DNA of 64,000 bases, from contig JAEWVM010000009.1 of the NCBI GenBank assembly GCA_023396615.1, positions 966 to 64,965 of the forward strand, in the 5' to 3' direction. Of the stretch, positions 10,422-20,552 are shown in pieces (the first letter of the stretch is position 1; each line of letters opens with the position of its first letter). This DNA is from Spirochaetota bacterium. GTDB lineage: Bacteria; Spirochaetota; UBA4802; JAFGJZ01. The notes beneath the pieces are model-generated. The model did no database searches. It had not been told where the DNA came from and saw only the letters and a list, made by a program, of their open reading frames with translations. Made by a program: the position numbers and the translations under genes.

Positions 10422-11269
10422 TTATTCTTTCAGGCTCAGATTCACTTCTTGCTCAAAGCATACTCCCTCTTCTTCGGGAGAAAACGAAAGTTTTCGCCTT
10501 TGACCGCACAAGAGGAAGCACAAATGATCCGCACTTTCTTTCAAAACTTGCAGAAGAAACAAAAGCCTCTATTTTCATCAATTGCGATGAAATGAATAAC
10601 GCTGAAGAATGCGCTTACAAAAGAGAAGAAGCTTACAGCATAAACTCTTTCGCAGCTGGAGAAATCGCAAAGGCTTGCAAGACTTTCAGCATTAAACTAA
10701 TTCATATTAGTTCTAGTTTTGTTTATAGCGGAAAAGAAAGCAGCCCTTACTCTGAATCCGACAATACCGATCCTCAAAATGTTTTGGGTGACTCTAAGCT
10801 ATTCGGAGAAAAAAAAATTATTGAATCCGGATGCGATCACGTCATTTTAAGAGTTCCGCAGATTTACGGCAAAGGGAACTCTTTTATTACCGATGTTCTC
10901 AGAGATTCAACCGGTTCTCGTCTCATCCAGGGGCAAATTATTTCTTCTTTATATTCAAAAGACGCAGCATCTATTATCGATTCAGCAATAGAGAAAAATA
11001 TATCAGGAACCTATAACGCCTCAAACTCGGGCGGTTCCGATATATTTGAATTTTTTAATCATTGCAACAAGCTTCTTGAAAAATATTCGGGGAAAAACAT
11101 CATCGCAAAATTTACTTCTGTTGACTATACAGATTTCCTAAGCGCCTCCGAACCAATTCTATATAATGACCTAAATATTTCAAAAATAGAAACAACACTC
11201 GGAATTAAATTACGCTCCTGGCAGGAAGCTCTCGAAGAATACATAAAAGATTACCACCAATTCATATAA
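10418..11269 (+). CDS. RmlD (dTDP-4-dehydrorhamnose reductase)-like protein with degenerate cofactor and catalytic motifs
   Basis: Clear RmlD-fold similarity (…LIHISSSFVYSGKESSPYSESDNTDPQNVLGDSKLFGEKKI…VPQIYGKGNSF…). The N-terminal GxxGxxG is replaced by SGSDSLLA, and the catalytic YxxxK reads LGDSK (Tyr to Leu). ATGA overlap with tatA. Confidence 0.6.
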   Translation: MIILSGSDSLLAQSILPLLREKTKVFAFDRTRGSTNDPHFLSKLAEETKASIFINCDEMNNAEECAYKREEAYSINSFAAGEIAKACKTFSIKLIHISSSFVYSGKESSPYSESDNTDPQNVLGDSKLFGEKKIIESGCDHVILRVPQIYGKGNSFITDVLRDSTGSRLIQGQIISSLYSKDAASIIDSAIEKNISGTYNASNSGGSDIFEFFNHCNKLLEKYSGKNIIAKFTSVDYTDFLSASEPILYNDLNISKIETTLGIKLRSWQEALEEYIKDYHQFI

Positions 11270-11360
11270 ATTCAGAGATTTCAGCTTTGATTCAGCTGTA
11301 AAATTTTTTCTTTACAAATTAAGCGCAGACATATAGTATCCATAACTATCGGAGACTCTT

Positions 11361-11684
11361 ATGCAAATTAACTTTCGTGACCAAGGTGAACACAAGATTC
11401 TATCTATAAACGGAGAAGTAGACCTCTACAATGTCGGTGAACTAAAAAAAATACTTTTTGCAGCAACAGACGGATCGAATAAAAGCGTGGTCATCGACAT
11501 GAGAGACGTAAATTATATGGATTCCTCCGGAATCGGTGCTCTTGTGGCAGGACAAAAAAAAATGAAGGCTCTAGGGGGGAAATTCCTTCTTCTCAATATC
11601 AGTGACGATGTTTTAAACATCCTTAAGCTGGCTACTCTTGATAAATTTTTTACAATACTGGAAGACGAGTCCGAACTGGTTTAA
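11361..11684 (+). CDS. STAS-domain anti-sigma-factor antagonist (SpoIIAA/RsbV-like)
   Basis: 107 aa; ...VVIDMRDVNYMDSSGIGALV... with the phosphorylatable Ser in DSSG context. Confidence 0.75.
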   Translation: MQINFRDQGEHKILSINGEVDLYNVGELKKILFAATDGSNKSVVIDMRDVNYMDSSGIGALVAGQKKMKALGGKFLLLNISDDVLNILKLATLDKFFTILEDESELV

Positions 11685-13216
11685 GCAGTACGCTTCATGA
11701 TCAAGACAGTCATATCATCATGGGGAGGAACTTCTCCCCTGAAGTTATCAACATCCTCGACAATCAGCCGGTTTAGTTCATCTGCATTCATGTCTGCATT
11801 AGAAACAACAAGACTCTGAAGCCTGTTTCTTCCATACTCTTCCTTAAGATAATTTCTCATCTCTGTGATTCCATCTGTATACATTACCACAATGTCGCCG
11901 ACTTCGAACGGGATTTCAGCCTGAAGATATTCTGAATCCTCCATAATTCCGATAGGTACACCGTCCAGCTTTGTCAGAGAGCACTTTTTATGCTTCGCTC
12001 TATAGCAAAATACCGGGCCATGACCCGCATTAGAAAATGATATTTTTCCGGTAGATTTATCAAAAATAATAAAAAGCAGAGTCGCGAACTTATCAATTGC
12101 AAAATCCGCACTTAGCGACCTGTTAATTGAGCTGACTATTTTTGCGCATTGAATTGTTTTCATCTGATGAAGTGCCGAAACAAAAACTGTACGAATCATA
12201 ACCATAACAAGTGATGCAGGTATTCCTTTTCCGCTCACGTCACTTATAAGTGCCCCCACTCTATTTTCATCTATTTCTTTGTAATCGAAATAGTCTCCGC
12301 CGACACCCTTTGCCGCACGCGTATAACCTTTAATCTGTATGCCGTTTTTATCATAGAAATCCATAGGATTGAGGCCTTCTTGAATTTCTTTAGCAACATC
12401 CAGCTGTTCCTGCATCAATGCTGACTCAATCTCGTTCTTTTTTGAATCTTTAAGCTCACCTGTCATTAAATTAAATTCACGGGCGAGAAGACCTATTTCA
12501 TCTCTGGTCTTCACATTTATCTTATAATCCAAATCCCCTTTTCCAATTATAGAAACGCCTCTGGATAATGTCTTAAGCGGTTTAGTCGTAACATGAGCCA
12601 GAAAAAATGCTATTATTATTGAACCGATAACCGCCGCCAGCGTTATAAAACCCGCCATATTCCTTATTCTCTTAACCTGCTCGCGGATCATTTTATCAGA
12701 AAATCCGAGCCTAACGACTGCAAGTTTCATATCTTTCTGGGTTCGATGATAAACAGGAAGAGCAAAGTCAAAAATTTTACCTTCAGAATCTTCCGAATCG
12801 ATGATAGAAACCTTGCGGACAATATTTTTATCTTCATAAGAAAGAATATCCTTGATTGAAGAATTATCAAAAACTGTTCCGTTAAGCTCCGTTTTTGAAC
12901 TTTTTATAACAAGGCCTTCAGTATTAAAAACATGCACGTAACGAATGGAATCCTTCATTTTCCCTGACTTAAGAATATTATCTACTGCAACACCAATTGC
13001 AAGATCATTTTCCGTACTAAGAGCATCTTCGGCGATATTTGCAAGATTAACGGTTTCGCGTGAAGCATAGTCCTCGATGGAGCGTGTCATAATGCTTATC
13101 TCGTCTTTCATAAAAAACCAGGAAACAGAAGCGACGAGCGATGCGGATAAAAAAACCATCGCCAGGGAAAATTTGTATTTAAGAGAAAATCTTGCTTTAT
13201 TTTTTTCTTTTTTCAT
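11681..13216 (-). CDS. Membrane-anchored HAMP-PP2C (SpoIIE/RsbU-family) serine phosphatase
   Basis: N-terminal TM, periplasmic sensor region, second TM plus HAMP, then PPM motifs (GVGGDYFDY, ...DVSGKG..., MYTDGITE). Confidence 0.8.
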   Translation of the reverse strand: MKKEKNKARFSLKYKFSLAMVFLSASLVASVSWFFMKDEISIMTRSIEDYASRETVNLANIAEDALSTENDLAIGVAVDNILKSGKMKDSIRYVHVFNTEGLVIKSSKTELNGTVFDNSSIKDILSYEDKNIVRKVSIIDSEDSEGKIFDFALPVYHRTQKDMKLAVVRLGFSDKMIREQVKRIRNMAGFITLAAVIGSIIIAFFLAHVTTKPLKTLSRGVSIIGKGDLDYKINVKTRDEIGLLAREFNLMTGELKDSKKNEIESALMQEQLDVAKEIQEGLNPMDFYDKNGIQIKGYTRAAKGVGGDYFDYKEIDENRVGALISDVSGKGIPASLVMVMIRTVFVSALHQMKTIQCAKIVSSINRSLSADFAIDKFATLLFIIFDKSTGKISFSNAGHGPVFCYRAKHKKCSLTKLDGVPIGIMEDSEYLQAEIPFEVGDIVVMYTDGITEMRNYLKEEYGRNRLQSLVVSNADMNADELNRLIVEDVDNFRGEVPPHDDMTVLIMKRTA

Positions 13217-13225
13217 TTATTACTG

Positions 13226-15538
13226 CTACTGCTTAAGCAAAATCAAAGTTTGCCTGATATTATTCTTAGCCTTTTCATTATTCGGGTCAATTGCAAGCAC
13301 TTTTCTCCATTCAGCTATGGCATCCTGATATCTGTTTGCCGAATAATAATTGATTCCTCTAAAATACAATTCACGCACCCTCGCCTCCTGCTCGGATGTG
13401 AGTGTTTTTTTCACAGGAACTGTTGTGCCTGATGCCCGGAGTTCCGCTTCAACACGGTTCAAGGCTACTATTGCCTTGGTGTTTTCCGGGTCTCTGTCAA
13501 CAATCCATCTGAAATTATCGCGTGCGTTCCTTAAATTAGCGGCTCCGCCTCTATTATAATATGCAAGAGCTTCATTATATCTGTCTTGTATTTCCTGAGG
13601 TGTCGCCGTCAAATCCGCATTTGCCTGCTGACGTACCGGTTTTTTAGAAGCAAGAGCTATCAAATTGGCAATATCCGGATACTCCGGATTTACCGATTTT
13701 AATATTTCAAATTTTTTCAAAGCTCTTGCATTGTCTTTTTTATCCAGCAATTCACGGCCTTCCGAGGCAAGCTTATCAATGTATTCTTTAAAACGCCGCG
13801 GATCGGTTTTAATCTGACATCTGGCAAGATACTGAGCCGCAATTACATTTTGAGGAAATAAATTCAGAATTTTTCTCCAATTTTCTTCCGATTCTGCATA
13901 CTTTCCTTTTTCATACAGAATCTTTCCGTTTGCAATCAAAGACGAAACGAGATCATAATACGGTGATGATTCATCGATTACCTCTTCCTGCTGTTGTTTC
14001 AGAGCTTCTTTAACACGTTTAGCGAAACCGATTGCGGTTTCATTATTCGGATCAAGTTTAATAGTTCTCTCAAAACTTATAAGTGCGTCCTTATAATTCG
14101 CCTGAGAGAAGTAAAATAAACCATTGTTGAATTCCTTATCGATTTCGACCAGTTTGTCGCGAAGAAGCTTGTCTGCAAAATTTTTCTTGAGCTGGGGAAT
14201 GCTTCTAATACGCGACTGGACATCTTTATAATCAGGGATAAGAGATGCTGTGTTGTTAAAATCGTCAAGAGCCGCATCAAAGTCATATGAATTAATATTA
14301 GATATACCGGACTGATAAAACTGTTCCGCCTGAATTCTTTTTTTAGCGGAGGTTTCTATTTCATAAGACAGTTTTTCAATTCTCGCGATATAATTAAGTG
14401 CGTCACGGTTCTTTGGATCCAGAGAAATAACCTGTTTATATTCAGCAAGCGAGTCAGGATATTTTTTCGCATCGAAAAAAACTCTGCCCGCAGCAAGAAG
14501 AGATTTTATTTTTTCAAATTTAATTCTGTTTGAAACGGCAAGTTCAGCCTTTCTAAGTTCTTCTTTTGCATAGATATCCTGAGGCATAATTCCCAAAGCC
14601 TTCTTCCACTCCGGTATCGACTCCTCATATTTTTCCTGCTCAACAAAACCTCTCGCAATAGTAATAAATTCATTATACTGACGTATTTTTTCCTCAGAAA
14701 TTCTTCTCTTATTCAGCTCATTTCTCAGGTCTTCTTCAAGAATCTTCATCTGTTCTCTCAGCCTGACAAGCTCGGGATCATTCGGATCAATTCTATACGC
14801 CGCTACAAAATTTCCAAGTGCATCTTTTGTATTCGAATCAGCCTCTGCAAGAAGCGAGTCTTTTCTTTTTTCCTCTTTTTGAGTACGGCTTTGCGGACAA
14901 GTATAGGGATAAGCTATTTCAAGGAGAAGCCGGTTAAGGCGTTTGAGATTATCAAGCTCCTGCTCGGTCAACTCTTCATAGGGTTTATTTCTGTAATACT
15001 GAGTCCAGCGCAAAAGATTGATTACTTCTTCATCATTTTCAATCGGTTTATTTTTCTTTATCCAGATATCATAAAAAGCAGGAATTCGGATAATTTCATT
15101 CAAACGGTCAATACTTCGATCCGGGGATATAAATCTTATCCTTCCGAAGTAATAGCCTGATTGTTTAATTTCATTCCAGAGAGCATCAAGTGAAAGCTTG
15201 CTCCTCTTAAATTCAGAATCATAGAAATCGCTTGAACCGAACTTCAGTCTTTCAATCACGCCCCTGGCTTCCCAGTAAAATATTTTAGAGCGCTGAAGAG
15301 AAATGTCTTTTTTATGTTTTTCCTCATAAAGAGATTCTATCTGCTGCTGTATTTTTTCATTTCCGGGATCGAGTTCAAGAGCAGTAAGCCATTCATTTAA
15401 AGACTCTGAAAATTTCTTCTGCTCATAATACTCTCTCGCTTTTTTCATTATATCATCCACCCGGGACGACTCGTTCTGAGAATAAGAAACCGAGAGAGAA
15501 AAGATGACAACTGCTAAAATGAAAATTATTATTTTCAA
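13226..15538 (-). CDS. Large secreted TPR-repeat protein
   Basis: Signal peptide and many TPR-like repeats (...A..Y...G.Y..A...). Co-operonic with the PP2C phosphatase (10-nt gap) and the upstream lipoprotein (4-nt overlap). Confidence 0.7.
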   Translation of the reverse strand: MKIIIFILAVVIFSLSVSYSQNESSRVDDIMKKAREYYEQKKFSESLNEWLTALELDPGNEKIQQQIESLYEEKHKKDISLQRSKIFYWEARGVIERLKFGSSDFYDSEFKRSKLSLDALWNEIKQSGYYFGRIRFISPDRSIDRLNEIIRIPAFYDIWIKKNKPIENDEEVINLLRWTQYYRNKPYEELTEQELDNLKRLNRLLLEIAYPYTCPQSRTQKEEKRKDSLLAEADSNTKDALGNFVAAYRIDPNDPELVRLREQMKILEEDLRNELNKRRISEEKIRQYNEFITIARGFVEQEKYEESIPEWKKALGIMPQDIYAKEELRKAELAVSNRIKFEKIKSLLAAGRVFFDAKKYPDSLAEYKQVISLDPKNRDALNYIARIEKLSYEIETSAKKRIQAEQFYQSGISNINSYDFDAALDDFNNTASLIPDYKDVQSRIRSIPQLKKNFADKLLRDKLVEIDKEFNNGLFYFSQANYKDALISFERTIKLDPNNETAIGFAKRVKEALKQQQEEVIDESSPYYDLVSSLIANGKILYEKGKYAESEENWRKILNLFPQNVIAAQYLARCQIKTDPRRFKEYIDKLASEGRELLDKKDNARALKKFEILKSVNPEYPDIANLIALASKKPVRQQANADLTATPQEIQDRYNEALAYYNRGGAANLRNARDNFRWIVDRDPENTKAIVALNRVEAELRASGTTVPVKKTLTSEQEARVRELYFRGINYYSANRYQDAIAEWRKVLAIDPNNEKAKNNIRQTLILLKQ

Positions 15539-15924
15539 TCAGAGCTCACAATTGTTTTATTTTTAATTTTAAAGAAACCGGACGAATCTTTTGACAAATA
15601 TGCGTCACCGATAAATTCGGACTCCTTCGAATCGGATCTCTTTACGACCTTGCCTCCGAATTTAATTTTCTTAGTATTAGAATCAATTTCTTCAATACCG
15701 AACAATACTATATTTTTAAAGTAGTAATCAGAATATATTTCAGCATATTCAGATTCTGTTTTTGAAATAAATTCATATTTATTAAGCACAGAATAGTTTT
15801 TGTTTCTGATGTGATAAGTCCATTCCTGCAGAAAATTTTCATAATAATTATTATCCGTTTTTTCCCTGCATGAGATAACAAATATAGACAATAAAAGGAA
15901 ATAGGCGGCGGCAATTCTTTTCAT
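15535..15924 (-). CDS. Lipoprotein, unknown function
   Basis: Signal peptide with lipobox-like ...FVISCRE; 129 aa. Confidence 0.45.
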   Translation of the reverse strand: MKRIAAAYFLLLSIFVISCREKTDNNYYENFLQEWTYHIRNKNYSVLNKYEFISKTESEYAEIYSDYYFKNIVLFGIEEIDSNTKKIKFGGKVVKRSDSKESEFIGDAYLSKDSSGFFKIKNKTIVSSD

Positions 15925-16180
15925 TTAGCGCTCCATAATGTTGCAGATTTGATACAAAGAACAAATAGTTGCAAACATGCAACAATAAAAACGCGGATTT
16001 TGTTTTTTAGACAGCATATTCATTAATAAACCAAAAAATCCTAGTTAAATCAATATTTTTTCTTGACTTGATCATTGAAAACAAACCTTAGTTAAGCAAG
16101 AAGAATCGTAGCAATAAAAAAAATAAGCGGTTCACAAGGCGCGATATTAGTTCGGCTCAAAAAAAATAAAGGAGCTCATT

Positions 16181-17500
16181 GTGAAAAAAGGAACAGGAGA
16201 AATAGCAAAAGCAGAGGGGAAATTAGGAATACTTATTCCCGGACTCGGCGCAGTAAGTACTACGCTGATAGCGGGAACTTTTCTTGCCCGCAAAGGATTG
16301 GCAGAACCAAAGGGTTCTCTTACTCAGATGGGTAAGATCAACATAAAAAAAGACAACGAAACCAAGTATATCGACATCAAAGATTTCGTTCCCCTTGCGA
16401 AACTTGACGACATAGTTTACGGCGGATGGGACATCTTTGAAGACAATGTTTACGAAGCTGCAAAACATGCCGCAGTTTTAACAAATGACGACTTAAACAA
16501 AGTTAAAGATGAACTTGAAACAATTAAACCGATGAAAGCAGTTTTCTTTCCTCAGTATGTAAAAAAGCTTCACGGCACATGGATAAAATCCGCCGCTACA
16601 AAATGGGATCTTGCAGAACAGCTTATCGCCGACATAGAAAACTTCAAAAAATTAAATAAAGTTGAAAGATGCGTTATGATCTGGTGCGCGAGCACTGAGA
16701 TTTACCAGGAACCTATTACCGGTATCCATGACACTATTGAGAATTTCGAAAAGGCTCTTAAAGAAAGCCATCCTTCAATCGCACCGAGCATGATATATGC
16801 TTATGCTGCAATCAAATGCGGTCACCCTTTTGCAAACGGTGCACCTAATCTTTGTATCGAAATACCTGCTCTTCAGGATCTCGCTGACAAAAACAGAGTT
16901 CCTATCGGCGGAAAGGATTTCAAATCCGGTCAGACACTCATGAAAACGATTCTTGCTCCTGGTCTAAAGGCAAGATTGATCGGTGTAGACGGCTGGTATT
17001 CAACAAACATTCTAGGAAATCGTGACGGCGAAGTTCTTGATGATCCTGAGAATTTCAAGACAAAAGAAAAAAGTAAACTCTCTGTTCTTGATCAGATATT
17101 TCAGCCTGAACTGTACCCTTCTCTTTATAAAGATTATTGCCACGTTGTAAGAATCAATTATTATCCTCCTCGCGGGGACAACAAAGAAGGCTGGGACAAT
17201 ATAGATATCGCCGGCTGGCTCGACTACAAGATGCAGATCAAAATCGACTTTCTCTGCAGAGACTCAATTCTTGCGGCACCTATAGCTCTTGACCTTGTTC
17301 TGTTTTTTGACCTTGCTCAGCGTGCAGGAATGTACGGAAACCAGGAATGGCTGTCTTTCTTCTGGAAGAGCCCAATGCATCCGGCAGACAGACTCCCTGA
17401 ACACGATCTTTTCGTTCAGTCAATGAAACTCAGAAATACTCTAAGATGGCTGATGGATCATCCTCTTCAGACGCATTTCGGTGATGAACATATCGATTGA
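16181..17500 (+). CDS. myo-Inositol-1-phosphate synthase (bacterial/archaeal-type MIPS)
   Basis: GTG start with AAAGGAG RBS; Rossmann-like N-terminus (LGILIPGLGAVSTTLIAG), ...NGAPN..., and a C-terminal MIPS-like region. Confidence 0.65.
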   Translation: MKKGTGEIAKAEGKLGILIPGLGAVSTTLIAGTFLARKGLAEPKGSLTQMGKINIKKDNETKYIDIKDFVPLAKLDDIVYGGWDIFEDNVYEAAKHAAVLTNDDLNKVKDELETIKPMKAVFFPQYVKKLHGTWIKSAATKWDLAEQLIADIENFKKLNKVERCVMIWCASTEIYQEPITGIHDTIENFEKALKESHPSIAPSMIYAYAAIKCGHPFANGAPNLCIEIPALQDLADKNRVPIGGKDFKSGQTLMKTILAPGLKARLIGVDGWYSTNILGNRDGEVLDDPENFKTKEKSKLSVLDQIFQPELYPSLYKDYCHVVRINYYPPRGDNKEGWDNIDIAGWLDYKMQIKIDFLCRDSILAAPIALDLVLFFDLAQRAGMYGNQEWLSFFWKSPMHPADRLPEHDLFVQSMKLRNTLRWLMDHPLQTHFGDEHID

Positions 17501-17505
17501 TTTTT

Positions 17506-17536
17506 TAAAAATCCGCCTAACGGCGGATTTTTTTAT
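17506..17536 (+). terminator. Rho-independent terminator after the MIPS gene
   Basis: AAAA-ATCCGCC-TAAC-GGCGGAT-T7. Confidence 0.75.
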
Positions 17537-17590
17537 TTTATAAAACCAATTTATTATTGTATTATACTTCGCCCGATATCACATAGAAAA

Positions 17591-18649
17591 ATGAATTCAA
17601 TACAAAGCAATAAAATAGGAATAGCTTTGGGAAGCGGCGGATCAAGAGGGATTTCCCACATTTCCGTTCTCAAACAAATATACAATCTCGGAATCCGTAT
17701 TGATTATGTATCAGGTGCAAGCATGGGGGCAATAATCGGTACCGCGTTCTGTGCCGGAAAACTTGAAGATTTTGAAAGAATTCTTCTCCGATATTACAAA
17801 GAAGACAGGATATATCCGCTAGCAGGATTTGCAGCTTCCTCATCGGGAATTGCAGATATCGGCAAATTCATGAAAATCTTCAAACGCATTATATTTCCAT
17901 ATTCACGAATCGAAGATCTTCCTATACCGCTCTCGATAGTCTGTACAGAGTTTCAAACCGGAAAACCCGTTGCATTCACTCATGGCGATATCTTCACAGC
18001 AATCCGCGCTTCAGTTTCCATTCCCGGTGCTCTGGTTCCCGTAAAATACGCCGGAACCTATCTCATAGACGGCGGAGTTTCGAATGCGGTTCCTGTTGAT
18101 GTTGCGAGGAAAATGGGCGCAGATAAGGTAATTGCTGTTAACATCAATCCGCTTAATAAAATGAAAAACCGGCCGGAGTTCATTGCCGATTACTCAACAT
18201 TCCTTGAAACATCAATGAATTCCTTAATAGACGGTCTGATTCCTTATGATGCCGTCCAGACAAGAAAAATCAGTCTGCCTGCAATTAAGAAAAATATTCC
18301 TGCAATTATTCAGTTTGTAAAAAAAACACTCGGAATGATAAAATATGCTTATGTTCATATTTTCAAAAACGAAACCCGTGATATAACTAAAAAAGAAGTT
18401 TTTTTTCCGAAAAAAAACAAACGTCTTCCCAATATTGTCGAAATTCTTTGGCAGACAATTGACATAATGCAATCAGTTAACACCCATGCGTTTTTTGAAA
18501 AATATAAACCGGATGTGATAATAGAACCTGATGTAATAGAAATATTTCCCTTTGATTTTACGCAGATTCCGCAGATTTTGTCTGCCGGAGAAACAGCTGT
18601 TTCAGAAAAAGAAATCGAATTAAAACGGCTCATGAATGAGAATCTTTGA
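17591..18649 (+). CDS. Patatin-like phospholipase
   Basis: GIALGSGGSRGISH (oxyanion GGxRG), GASMGA (GxSxG nucleophile), and DGG catalytic Asp motif. Confidence 0.8.
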   Translation: MNSIQSNKIGIALGSGGSRGISHISVLKQIYNLGIRIDYVSGASMGAIIGTAFCAGKLEDFERILLRYYKEDRIYPLAGFAASSSGIADIGKFMKIFKRIIFPYSRIEDLPIPLSIVCTEFQTGKPVAFTHGDIFTAIRASVSIPGALVPVKYAGTYLIDGGVSNAVPVDVARKMGADKVIAVNINPLNKMKNRPEFIADYSTFLETSMNSLIDGLIPYDAVQTRKISLPAIKKNIPAIIQFVKKTLGMIKYAYVHIFKNETRDITKKEVFFPKKNKRLPNIVEILWQTIDIMQSVNTHAFFEKYKPDVIIEPDVIEIFPFDFTQIPQILSAGETAVSEKEIELKRLMNENL

Positions 18650-19394
18650 TACGCATTGCCATTTTCAATCAGATATTTTAGCCGACACTACAAAGGCAAT
18701 CTCTGACGCAAAATATGCCGGAGTTCTCAAATTGATGAATAATTCCATTTCTTTCAGCGACTGGATCAAAGTACTTATAATTTCAGAAAATTACACTGAA
18801 GTAGTTCCTGCTCTGGGAATCCACCCCTGCTTTATCGATTTGAGCATCGAATCAATAAAAACTGAGCTGACCCTGTGTGATCTCTCAAAATACAGGGCAA
18901 TTGGGGAAATCGGACTGGATAAAAAAAAATCTTCAGCTCCAATAGAATTACAAATTAAAGTTTTTGAACTCTTCTTAATGCTCTCGCTGGAATTAAATAT
19001 ACCATGTTCGGTTCACTGCGTGTCTGCGGTTGATGAACTTATTTTCTGCCTGAAAAAGTTTAAGAATCATCCGCCGGTTATAATTCATTCCTTTTCGGGA
19101 AGCATGGAGCTTGCGCGCTCTCTTTCAAAATTCAGATGTTTATTCTCAGTCGGCAAAAATTTAAATCACAACCCCGGCAAAAAGCAAACCGAAATGCTGA
19201 AATACATCTTTCCTTCACTTATGACGCTTGAATCTGATTTTTCAGCAAGCAATACAACTGAGAACATGAGTCAAGACATCAAACCATACTGCATCAAAGA
19301 TTATCTTAATAATGCCTCAGAAATTTTATCTATACCTGCTGAAGAAATTGCAGAAAAAACCTATAAACTCTCCGCCGCTGTTTTTGGAGAATAA
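18636..19394 (+). CDS. tatD: TatD-family metal-dependent hydrolase/DNase
   Basis: MRIFDTHCHF N-terminus (HxH) and TIM-barrel metal ligand pattern; overlaps the patatin gene by 14 nt. Confidence 0.7.
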   Translation: MRIFDTHCHFQSDILADTTKAISDAKYAGVLKLMNNSISFSDWIKVLIISENYTEVVPALGIHPCFIDLSIESIKTELTLCDLSKYRAIGEIGLDKKKSSAPIELQIKVFELFLMLSLELNIPCSVHCVSAVDELIFCLKKFKNHPPVIIHSFSGSMELARSLSKFRCLFSVGKNLNHNPGKKQTEMLKYIFPSLMTLESDFSASNTTENMSQDIKPYCIKDYLNNASEILSIPAEEIAEKTYKLSAAVFGE

Positions 19395-19733
19395 ACTCAT
19401 TTTCGGAATTATTTAGAGCGCAGTAATTCATTTTAACTTATGAAACCCTAAACATCGATACATCGGGGGAAGAAAGTCTTACCTTAATAAATAATATTCC
19501 ATGATTCAATCCGCAGCTCATTCCGATTAAGAAGCAAACCTAGATTGAGAGCTTACCTGATAGACGGAATTAGTAAAACAATTGAAGTAAAATTCATTCA
19601 AGATTGATCATGTTCAAATATATCATATAAAATATGGGTAAACAATACTTTTGAATAAAGCATCCGAAACGTTCAAAACATATGTATAAACTAATTGACT
19701 TGTAGCACTTTTTATTATTGTCTGACCCAGTAT

Positions 19734-20546
19734 ATGAATATTCTCAAAAAACATCTCTTAAACATTATCGGAGCTTCAGTACTCGCTTTGAGCATATCGG
19801 GTCTTATTACCGGTACCGCCCGGATAGTCATACATCCAGGCGAAAAAACCAGACAGACAGCGCCCAAAGTATTTCAGGCAGAAAATACGGAAAAAATCAC
19901 CGATTATAATTTCATACTGAATTCAAATTTTTTTCAACTTTCCACCGCTCAAAGCTCAGAAAACGTTCAATCGGCTTCACCTGCAAATTTAATACTGCTG
20001 GGCACGGTTACAGGCTCACCTTCACTGGCCAGAGCAATGATAAGATCCGCTTCAGAAAATAAGGTCGAAATATTCAAAATAGGATCTTCAGCATGGGGCT
20101 ATACTCTCGTCAGAATTTTGAAAACCAAGGTATTATTGAAATCAGGTTCCAACGAATTTGAACTCGACATGCTTAAACAAGAAGGTTCCTCATCCGGTCC
20201 GCAATCAGGATTTCAGCCTGCAACAAAAAAGACAATAAGCAAAGCTGAACTTCTCACAAAAATTCAGGGCAATATGGACAATATGCTGAAGGGAATGAGA
20301 GCCGGACCCTACCGTGAAGACGGTCAGATCAAAGGGTACAAGATTATGGGACTCAGTAAAGACAATATGCTTTATGAACTTGGAATCCGTCAGGGAGACA
20401 TCATTATGAGAATAAATGGTCATCCAATTGACAGCACTCAGAAATTGTTTGAACTTTGGCAGAAGCTTCCGCAGGAGCCGAAGGCACTAATTGACATTAA
20501 ACGCGGAAATGAAACAACGACTCTCGATTATACTTTTTCGAATTAG
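19734..20546 (+). CDS. gspC: Type II secretion system protein C (GspC) with C-terminal PDZ domain
   Basis: N-terminal TM anchor; C-terminal PDZ (GYKIMGLSKDNMLYELGIRQGDIIMRINGHPI). First gene of the gsp cluster. ATG at 19734 chosen over the track's 19695. Confidence 0.55.
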   Translation: MNILKKHLLNIIGASVLALSISGLITGTARIVIHPGEKTRQTAPKVFQAENTEKITDYNFILNSNFFQLSTAQSSENVQSASPANLILLGTVTGSPSLARAMIRSASENKVEIFKIGSSAWGYTLVRILKTKVLLKSGSNEFELDMLKQEGSSSGPQSGFQPATKKTISKAELLTKIQGNMDNMLKGMRAGPYREDGQIKGYKIMGLSKDNMLYELGIRQGDIIMRINGHPIDSTQKLFELWQKLPQEPKALIDIKRGNETTTLDYTFSN

Positions 20547-20552
20547 GTGAAT

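Noticed and set aside
19395-19733. 339-bp intergenic region upstream of gspC checked for a tRNA, SRP RNA or tmRNA-like sequence and a promoter
   Set aside because: No T-loop (GGTTCGANTCC-like) or SRP domain IV motif was found. A TTGACT hexamer is present at 19696-19701, but the spacing to a -10 and to the ATG is poor, so no promoter call was made.
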